Source: Octopus vulgaris
Lineage: Eukaryota
Direction: 5' to 3'
DNA length: 64,000 nucleotides
NCBI GenBank assembly: GCA_951406725.2
Contig: OX597817.1
Span: 114,824,001-114,888,000 of the forward strand
The notes under the pieces are model-generated. The model made no database searches, was not told where the DNA came from, and worked only from the letters and a program-made list of their open reading frames with translations. Positions 55,187 to 64,000 of this stretch are shown here, piece by piece. A program made the position numbers and the translations under genes. Position 1 is the first letter of the stretch, and each line of letters opens with the position of its first letter.

Positions 55187-55540
55187 AGAAAGAAAGTGAA
55201 GGAGTGAGGAGAGACAGAGAGAAAAGAATATTTACTGAAGAGAATATGGTAAAGTCAGAATAGAGGAACACTAAAGACATATAATCACATGCACACACAC
55301 ATACATGATATATTGTGACCAGTAACAGCTGTTAAAATACCAGTGGTGCTGTCAGTAGGGATATTTGTTAATGAAGATGGGGATGATGAAAAGTGTAGTG
55401 TTTTATTATTGAACTGTTTCTTTTAAAATCATCAATCACTTAATTCCCATGTTTTAGTACAATTAATTTTCATCCGCTAAATCAAACCTGTGATATATGT
55501 CTCTTTGTTTTTAGTATTATTTTACTCTTGTTTGTATATG

Positions 55541-55834
55541 TAACATTAATTAGGGAACAAAAACAAAATCATAGGCATAAAATTTACATTAACGCTCTCA
55601 GACCTAGGTCACTGTACCTATCTTTACCCGCCACCTGAGCTCCTGAGCTGAAAAAAATTAATAGCATTTGTCAGCTAAATCAGACCAGTTACATCTGTCT
55701 CTTTGTCTTCAGTATAATTCAACTCCTGTCAGTATATATAACATTAAGTAGGGAACAAGATCATAGGCATAAAATTTACATTAACACTCTCAAACCTGGG
55801 TGAATGAGCCTATCTTTACCTGCCACCCAGGCTC
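55541..55834 (+). repeat. Local direct duplication of ~100 bp at ~198-bp spacing
   Basis: taacattaa(t/g)tagggaacaa...atcataggcataaaatttacattaac...cctatctttacc at 55541 and 55739. Confidence 0.9.
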
Positions 55835-56486
55835 AAGAGCAACGATTGCAAGCAAACTAATGGAAAGAATCACAAAAATATTCAGAAGAATAACAATAAT
55901 AGGTCTGTCTCTCTTTCTCTCTTTCTTTCTTTCTTTCTTTCTCTCTCTCTCTTTCTCAACTTACCATATTTGTTCACATGAATCACTACTTTCCTCACCA
56001 CTTTCACCAGTTTCATTGCCTGAATCGCTCTCATAGTCTGTACAAGGATAAACTATTCATCTGAAGAATGAACATCATCAATAGTTTCCTCAGCTGTAAA
56101 GAATCTAGGCCTTACTTATTTCCAGATGCAGTGTTGGGTTCATGACACATGTGATTCATCACAAAAAGCTGGGGTTTTTTTTCAATTAAAAACATCAGTA
56201 AACAATAATTAAGGAGGATGCAATTAACAATGAATCATAAACACTTGACTACAAAGCTGCAACATGATTGGTTGTCAATTTTTAGTAGTCTATCTTCTTT
56301 TTTATGTGTATTATTCATTACTGCTTTAATAAGAATCTGGCAGAGATTGTGTTAAAGCTATTCCCACTATACCAGGAATATGGTATGATAGGGTTAATTG
56401 TATGATAAGTGACTGATAAACTATGGGAAGAAATCAAAGATATATCTTTTTAGAAATATAGCATTAATATTACTTGTGAGACAATT

Positions 56487-56855
56487 CATCATCATCGTTA
56501 ACGTCCGCTTTCCATGCTAGCATGGGATGGATGATTTTGACTGAGGGCTGGTAAACCAGATGGTTGCACCAGGTTCCAATCTTCATCTGGCAGAGTTTCT
56601 ACAGCTGGATGCCCTTCCTAACGCCAACCACTCCGAGAGTGTAGTGGGTGCTTTTTACATGCCACCGTCACGGGTCCAGTGAGGCAGTACTAGCAACGAC
56701 CTTGCTCAAATCTTTTTACACATGCCACCAGCACAGGTGCCAGTAAGGTGACGCTGGTAATGATCGTGCTCAAATGGTGCCTTTTACGTGCTACCGGCAT
56801 GGAAGCCAGTTAGCCGCTCTGGCAATGATCACGCTTGGATGGTGCTCTTAGCACC
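56487..56855 (-). mobile_element. RTE-type LINE 3' UTR
   Basis: catcatcgttaacgtccgctttccatgctagcatggg...ttcctaacgccaaccactccgagagtgtagtgggtg, as at 28566. Confidence 0.85.
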
Positions 56856-57278
56856 GACTGTTAAATATGTATTACTAGAGAAGTATTATTCTATTTATTT
56901 AGTTTACTGGTTATTGCATTGTTTGTCATGCTGGGGATTGATCTAGCATTTCAAGCCCAGTATTAAGTTTATTAAGCTTGACATTTATTTTAACAATGTG
57001 AATTTGTTGAACTGTTATTGTGCTGATGCCATATCAAAATGCTTTGAATTCTCTGCAGAGTGGTTAGGAAATGTATAGAGAAAGTATTGTGTCAAGAGGA
57101 CCCTTGAGTTTGCTGTTGCTGAAGACATGATGATTTCTGTAGTGCCAGTGTCATCATAGAATGTACTCAATACTTTCTGTAAAGTGATTGGTGATAGGGT
57201 AAGATGATGGTCACCCTTTTTTCTCTCTTCCCTCCCCCTCTCTCTATGTATATAAGTGTATGTATATATATATATTCG

Positions 57279-57717
57279 CAGGACGGCCTGCTGTACTTAC
57301 CTTGGATTGTTGGGTGACCTACTGTGCTTGAGGAGACCTATTGTGTCAAGTACATCAACATCAAAACAAAAATCAAATGGAAATTATAGTTGTGATACCC
57401 ATGCCGGTAGCACATAAAAAGCACCATCCATACGTGACCAATGCCAGCGCCGCCTTGACTGGAGTCTGTGTCAGTGGCACGTAAAATGCACCAACCAATT
57501 GTGGCTATTGCCAGCCTCCTCTGGCCCCTGTGCCAGTGGCACATAAAAAGCACCCACTACACTCAAGGAGTGGTTGGCATTAGGAAGGGCATCAAGCTGT
57601 AGAAACACTGCCAGCTCAGACTGGAGCCTGGTGCAGCCTCCTGGCTTCCCAGACCCCAGTCGAACCATCCAACCCATGCTAGCATGGAAAGCAGACGTTA
57701 AATGATGATGATGATGA
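57279..57717 (+). mobile_element. RTE-type LINE 3' end
   Basis: Begins with ctgtgcttgaggagacc (last ORF codons, compare 37180) and ends gcatggaaagcagacgttaaa(tga)n. Confidence 0.85.
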
Positions 57718-58367
57718 TACACACACACACACACACACATACATATATATATACCAGACACACACACATACATATATGGTGATCAAACATGTTTTTGTAT
57801 ATTAAAGTGAACAGCATTCAGAGTATAAGATTAATCTGTATATTTGTTCAATTATTGAAACCAGTCAATTTATCTTACTAATAGCTTCAAAGCCACTCAA
57901 AGTAGGTGAATACCTAGTAGCAGACTTGGTTGACTCATAAATCTGTTTTGATCAACAAAGCTATTTACTTTGGGAACAAAGGAAGTTGTGCTTACTTCTG
58001 CTTGTTAAAAGATAAATGGATATTTTTTCTTAATATTAGAAAAATAACGATAAAAAAAACCCCAATTCTTTTTCCCTTCGAATGTCAACTAAATCTGATG
58101 ATAAATGCTCAACTACTTTGAGAGGCTTCAAAACTTAGATTAATAACTTAGATTGACTGATTTCTGTAACTGTTTAATGTATGAGTATGTGTGTACACAC
58201 ACATACACACACACACATTTGATAATGTTAACTGAAGGGTTATTATACATATTCTTTTGGACTATCATTCATCTGATGAAATTGACACAACTATCATTAT
58301 CCTGTACAAAAACTCATAAAGCTTTGTGCAAAGAACAAACGGTCCAATTAAAAGATTCCTAACAAGA

Positions 58368-58893
58368 ATTCCTCCAAGGAGACACCTTAGCTTTTTTTAA
58401 TCTTTGTGATTGCAAGTGGACTACACTCTTTGGCAAAATCTTGCCCTCATCCAAGACAAAGGCCTCACAGTCAAGCAGAAGTGATCAAGACTTCAATGGA
58501 GCTTTTATCCCTCTGACCTTTACTATGCTGATGGTTTTGCTCTCTCTCAGCTCATCAACTGTGTGATGCATAAAACTTGTTAGCATCTCTTAAGAATGCT
58601 ACAGCCAAAGCCAGTCTGTTTCTCAGTGCAAAGAAGGGAAGACTAAGTAGATGATCTGTAACAAAGATTAAGGCACCAGCCAGTTTCTTCCACTTTTGGC
58701 CCACATCTCAAAGCAGACAGTGAAAGCAGGTACCATGGGTGGTTTTATATTGTTGACAGTAAGGAAGATCTTTATACACAAGGTAGTTGCCTGGGTTGCC
58801 TACGACCAGCTTCAAAACATCTGGCAATCAAGTATTTCAATGTCAGCAAGGCTTGCCCCATACAGGGCATGTGTAGAGAGAATTCTTCTGGAC
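58368..58893 (+). pseudogene. Decayed reverse-transcriptase segment of an RTE-like LINE
   Basis: Translates LQGDTLA (QGDxLAP motif), DLYYADGFAL (YADD motif) and AWVAYDQLQNIWQSSISMSARLAPYRACVERILL, with frameshifts. Confidence 0.8.
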
Positions 58894-58894
58894 C

Positions 58895-59326
58895 ATCTTT
58901 TTATCTCTTACTAGTTTTAGTCATACTAGGGCACTGCCTTGAAGAATTTTTAGCTGAATGAATCAATCCCTGTACTTATATTTTTTTAAAACCTGGTACT
59001 TATTCTGTCGGTCACTTATAGCTGAACCACCAAGTTACAGAGATATAAACACACAAAGCAGTGATGAGGGACACACACACACACACACACACACATGCAC
59101 GCATGCACACACACACACGCACGCATGCACGCACACACACACACACATGCATGCACACGCACACATACACACATGATGGGTTTCTTTTAGTTTCCACACA
59201 CACACAAAGCTTTGGTTGGCCTGAGGCTATAGTAAAAGACACTTGCCCAAGGTATCACACAGTGAGACTGAGCCTGCAACCATGCGGTTAGGAAGCAACT
59301 CTCCTACCACTCAGTCGTGCCTGTAC
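58895..59326 (-). mobile_element. SINE family A
   Basis: Tail, (CA)n spacer and head on the minus strand. Confidence 0.85.
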
Positions 59327-59969
59327 CTTTATGAAGTAGTGTTTTTAAGGTTGCTTTACTGGTTCATAAAGCAAACTTCTGATGCGGACTCAAAAAAATC
59401 TCATAACATGAGCACAAGACCAAAGTGATTTAGAGTCACATACCACCCAGTACAGCTATTATTGCTAGTCACTGCTATTATTCAGAGCAACAGGCCTTAA
59501 CAGATTATATATTTTAGACCATAATAAAGTATGAAAACCTCTCAAATACACCAATGTTGTCGATAGAGGCACATGAAATGGTGGTGTGCCAAAGCTTATG
59601 AAAGACAGAGATTCCTGGTATAGATTCCTGGCTGTGACTACTTAGGTTGCAGGATTGTGTGTGTGGTAAAGAAGTTTGTATCCTAACCATGTGGTTTCAA
59701 ATTCAATTCTGCTACAGGGTACTTAAAGGAAGTATTTCCTACTAGAGCACTGGGTCTACTAAAGCCCTATGAATGGATTTGGTGCTCAGAAACTGAAAGT
59801 AGCTTGTTGTGGTGTGTGTCTATATGTATGTGTATGTATGTGTGTTTGAATGTGTATGCATTTGTGTCTTCTTGCTTAGGCTGTTGTTGACAGTTGTGAT
59901 TGAGTGTCAGCAGCATACAAGCAGTATCCTGTGTTTACAGTCTTCTGTGAAAACATTTTTGACTTCATA

Positions 59970-60129
59970 GGTGCATGTGTGGCTGTGTGGTAAGAAGCTT
60001 GCTTCCCAACCACATGGTTCCAGGTTCAGTCCCTCTGCATGAGACCTTAGGTGAGTGTCTTCTGCTATAGCCTTGGACTAACCAAAGACTTTGAGTGGAT
60101 TTGGCAGACGGAAATTGAAGGAGGCCCAT

Positions 60130-60169
<40 letters not shown>

Positions 60170-60598
60170 GTTAATCCAAACATGAAAACACAAAGAGAAA
60201 ACACAACAATGCGAGGACGTAGAACAAGTATAGTGTTATTGGATACTCAGGAAAGGAAAGAAAGAAGGAGGATTTTAATGTTTCGAGTGGAGCTCTTCGT
60301 CAGAAACATAGAAAAAGGAAAGGTCCAAGGAAGGGAAGACGGAGGAAAAAAAAAAGTATATGTGTGTATATGTCTTTGTATCTGTGTTTATAATCCTCTC
60401 CTGCTTGACAACTGGTGTGTTTATGTTCCTGTAACCTAGCAGTTCAGCAAAAGGGACTGATAGACTAAGTACCAGGCTTAAAAAAAAATAAGTACAGGGG
60501 ATCAATTCATTCAACTAAACAATTCTTCAATTCTTCAAGGCAGTGTCTGAGTATGGCCACAGTCTAATGACTGAAACAAGCAAAGGATAAAAGATAAA
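59970..60598 (+). mobile_element. SINE family A interrupted in its internal microsatellite by a hammerhead-bearing element (about 60165-60357)
   Basis: Head at 59970-60130 and tail at 60365-60598, with unrelated sequence between the (CA)n and tatatgtg halves of the spacer. Confidence 0.85.
60272..60307 (-). ncRNA. Minimal type I hammerhead motif with intact CUGACGA core
   Basis: Minus strand reads guuu-CUGACGA-A-GAG-cucca-CUC-GAAA-CAUU-AAAAU. Downstream sequence is related to the 34360-34540 element (ttcctgag...cca...). Confidence 0.65.
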
Positions 60599-60741
60599 CG
60601 ATATGGAGAAATATTTCTATGATTGGAAACAGGTAGGAGTTGGCAATAACAAGGGTATCTGGACAGAATGCCTGCCACATTTTCCAACTGATCCATAGAA
60701 GCATGAAAAAGCGGTCATTAAAATAACAATGGCGAATCTAC

Positions 60742-61114
60742 AGTTATCAAATGCCAGAACTGGACGCCACTGCATAGTGCCAAGGACTTCAAATTTGCCA
60801 TCAAGATGTAGGACAAGATACTGTGATAGCCTGGGCTTCAGAGGCCCACAGCTCTTCAATATCCTCCTGAAGAACCTAAGAGACCTGCATGGGGTGGATG
60901 CAGATGTCTTTAAAATAAAACTGGATCTCTTCTTGTCAGGTATCCCAGATGAACCAACTTCATGGCAGGAGGTGCAGATGAGGGCAGCTGCATCGAACTC
61001 TCTCATGCACCAAATGGCAATTGCTAAAAAGCATTTGTGAAGTAAAATCATGTAGCAACACCAAATGGTGGTGCCCCAGCATGGCCACAGCTTGTGAGCT
61101 GAAACTAGATAAAA
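60742..61114 (+). mobile_element. 3' end of a CR1/L2-group LINE (ORF2 C-terminus plus 3' UTR)
   Basis: SLGFRGPQLFNILLKNLRDL...FKIKLDLFLSGIPDEP...RAAASNSL is a typical CR1-group C-terminus. It is followed by ggtggtgccccagcatggccacagc...gctgaaactagataaaa. Confidence 0.85.
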
Positions 61115-61706
61115 ATTTTTTAAAAAATATCATAAATACACACAAATAAGCACACACAACCTGTCTGTGTAGGTGGAAGTAACTTGTCACATTAAGTTTG
61201 ATAATTTCAGTAAATGAAAACTCACAATATTCAACTTTAAATGTCTATAATTATCCTAGAGCTAAAATAGAAGTTTTTAGTGTTAGGATTAACTAAATAT
61301 TATGTTATGTATTCTGAAAATACACATATTGCAATAGGAAAATAATAATTCATGCCTTAGTGAGTTGCTTCCTTTACAGAAACAACATACTCAACCGTAC
61401 ACACCATAAAGTTTAAGATAAATACGATGAACAACAATAATAACAATTCTTTGTTGCTTTTATAATTAATAATCACACTCTACTTACAAGATTGTAATTA
61501 AATTCTAGCTATTGTCATTAGTTTTGCCACACTTTATACTTTATGAATTAATACTAAAATGTGTGTGTATGTGTACGTGTGTGCGTGTGTATGTGAGCAT
61601 TTATATAAATATATATATATATTTTCATACATACACACTTACACATACATATATAAATATATATAAAAATATATATATAAACACACTCCCACACATGCAT
61701 ATATAA

Positions 61707-61757
<51 letters not shown>

Positions 61758-62039
61758 TACACACAAACTCACACATACATACGTAAGGGTATATATATAT
61801 ATATATATAAATACACACACACACATATGAACATATGTTACATGGTTGACAAATGACGTGGTCTGAGTTTGCGTGTTGAAATTGAAGCAATTATATTTGG
61901 GAAAAGACATGATAGCTGTTTAAAAACACACATATTACATTACATTTGCTTTTGTTTTAACTCTTGGCAGCATTGTTTGTATGTATGTATGCATGCATGT
62001 ATATACATATATAGTTATATATATATGTATGTATATCCT

Positions 62040-63245
62040 TATCATCATTTAACATCTGTATTCTAAGCTGACGTGCATTGGGTGGTTCAAACAGGATTTG
62101 CAAGCCAGAGAACTGTGTTGAACTCCAATGTCTGCTTTGGCATGGCTTAGATGGCCAGATGCCCTTCATAGTTCCAGCCACTTTACAGTGTTTACTATTA
62201 ATGTTTTTACATGGAACCAGCACTAGTGAGGTTACCAAGTATCTTGCAAGACAAGATCCTTTGACTGAGTCAGAGTGCAGTATTGAGGGAGGTGACTTTG
62301 TGCAAGGTGTAGGAGTGGCTTAAAGTATGACAGAGAAAAAGGAACTTACTATAGAAGTGATACAGCATGAACACACATGTGATACAAGAAGTGATACATG
62401 ACTACCCCAGCAGAAAAGAGAGAAAGGATGAAGGTGAGGTATCAAAACTTAGCCACAAGGTGTAAGAAAGTGGGCAAAGAGGGAATAGAGATAGAGGATT
62501 GAGGATAGTTGCATGGGGTGGATGCTTTAAAGTGTGAAAAATGGATGACAGATTGTTTGTAAATGGTTAACATAGGCGGAGGTATATGGACAATGAGGAA
62601 TCACAGTTTGGAGGGGAGAGTGAAAAGCAAAAAAAAGGAATGGGTCAGAGAAAATGAGGTGATAGGTGGCAGTACATAAAAGCAGGAAGGTGGAGTGCAC
62701 CAGTATAATAAAATCATAGCTAGGTGAGAAATAGGGAGATAATGTGATGTATAGGAAAAGAAATGACGTACAGCAACAGAAACAGAGGTCAGAGGCACAT
62801 AGGGGTTGATATTGTGAGCGGCAAAAAGGAGGGTGCATTGATGGCAGATATGCGAGGGTGTTTAGGTGAAAGAGGCATTCAGTGGAAAATAAAGTGGTGA
62901 AGGATGATGTTGAGAATATTAGATGGGTGACAAGAGTAGTTCCAAGGATAGAGATAAGTGGTAGCACAAAAAGAGGAATGGAATATATGCAGTTCTGCTC
63001 TTATATAACTACTGCTAGTGAGGCAACAGCACTGTTGTTTGAAGTGTAAAGGAGAGGTGAAATATGGGGAAGGCTTGACAGGTACAGATTGGGTGTGAGG
63101 GCATAGACATTAACAATATGCTTTTATGATCTTATTTTTTGCAGATAGATAATTCTTCTCGAGCATATCAGATTGCCAATCAGCTCAGTTCTTTGTCATC
63201 TTCTCCATGAGGTTCAGCAATCTAAGATCAATCTTCAACCCACCT
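62040..63245 (-). mobile_element. Old RTE LINE 3' portion with long purine/pyrimidine-skewed UTR
   Basis: Same layout as 36285-37620: (CAT)n tail at 62040, purine-rich tract, ORF-end relic at about 63140-63245. Confidence 0.6.
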
Positions 63246-64000
63246 TAGTTTGTTGCTGGTAATCTTTAGACATGTCATAAAATTAAGGTGATTCTGATCA
63301 GGACTTAGGAATGAATATTTGGCTGTGAAGTATATTTGAGATTTTATATATCTGTATGCAATTAGACATGTGACTAGAGATATCAAGGTTGTCTTAGTAA
63401 CATTACGAGCCCCTGGACAAATCATTGCACTGAGCCCTTATGGTGTTATTTATTTATTGACAGCAAGCTACAGCATACATAGATCAAAACTGAGTCCCTA
63501 AACCCATGAGAGCCTGAGCAAATTATTGCTGCGGGTTCTATAGTATTTATTTATTTACAGCAAACCATGGCATGTATAGATCAGAATCGGGTCCTAGACC
63601 TGTGGAGCCTCCTTGGGAACTGCTTTGTGTGTTCATTCTTTAGGGTATCACTGAGTGATATGTGATATGATATTTAGTTACTTATAAAATTAAAATGTGT
63701 CATGGAAAGCTTTTATTTTTAAAAGGTGTGTCACCAAGGAAAAAGTTTGGTGAGCTCTGATCTAGGAAATCTTATTAAGACTGGAGGTGAATGTCATCAA
63801 ATATAGTGACTAGACAAAAGAAGATGTTGAAGCAACTGTTAGCTCTGTTCAAAACAAAGGATATATCTTGTACAGAGTAAAAGACAAACTGGATGAAGAA
63901 ATCTTTTTATATTGTTACTTAGCCTCAGGCCAGCAATGATCAACCAGATCAAATGTGTTCCAGCCACAATCAGATTGTATTTATTTAGACAATGTCTCTA

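Overview
AT-rich, repeat-saturated eukaryotic DNA, not prokaryotic. The SINE families, the dense (TA)n/(CA)n/(CATA)n/(GAT)n microsatellites and the RTE/CR1/Penelope relics look like an octopus (coleoid cephalopod) genome; this is an inference from recalled repeat sequences and was not searched. No intact protein-coding gene is visible, and nearly all ORF-track entries are microsatellite or repeat translations. The window reads as intronic or intergenic, with at most one or two candidate small exons. Recognisable elements are several tRNA-derived SINE families (more than 25 full or partial copies), fragments of RTE, CR1-like and REL-endonuclease non-LTR retrotransposons, decayed Penelope-like GIY-YIG remnants, an internally deleted Tc1/mariner element, and mariner- and piggyBac-type MITEs. 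The most interesting signal is a set of short non-coding elements, mostly embedded in microsatellites, that each fold into a minimal type I hammerhead ribozyme with a palindromic stem III. They occur at about 19.6, 34.4, 45.8 and 60.3 kb, with relics at 48.3 kb and elsewhere, and one carries a compensatory G3-C8 swap of the catalytic core. This suggests a diverse Penelope-LTR or retrozyme-like population. The window also holds template-switch inversions and many inverted repeats that could form dsRNA. Repeat boundaries were read by eye and are approximate.
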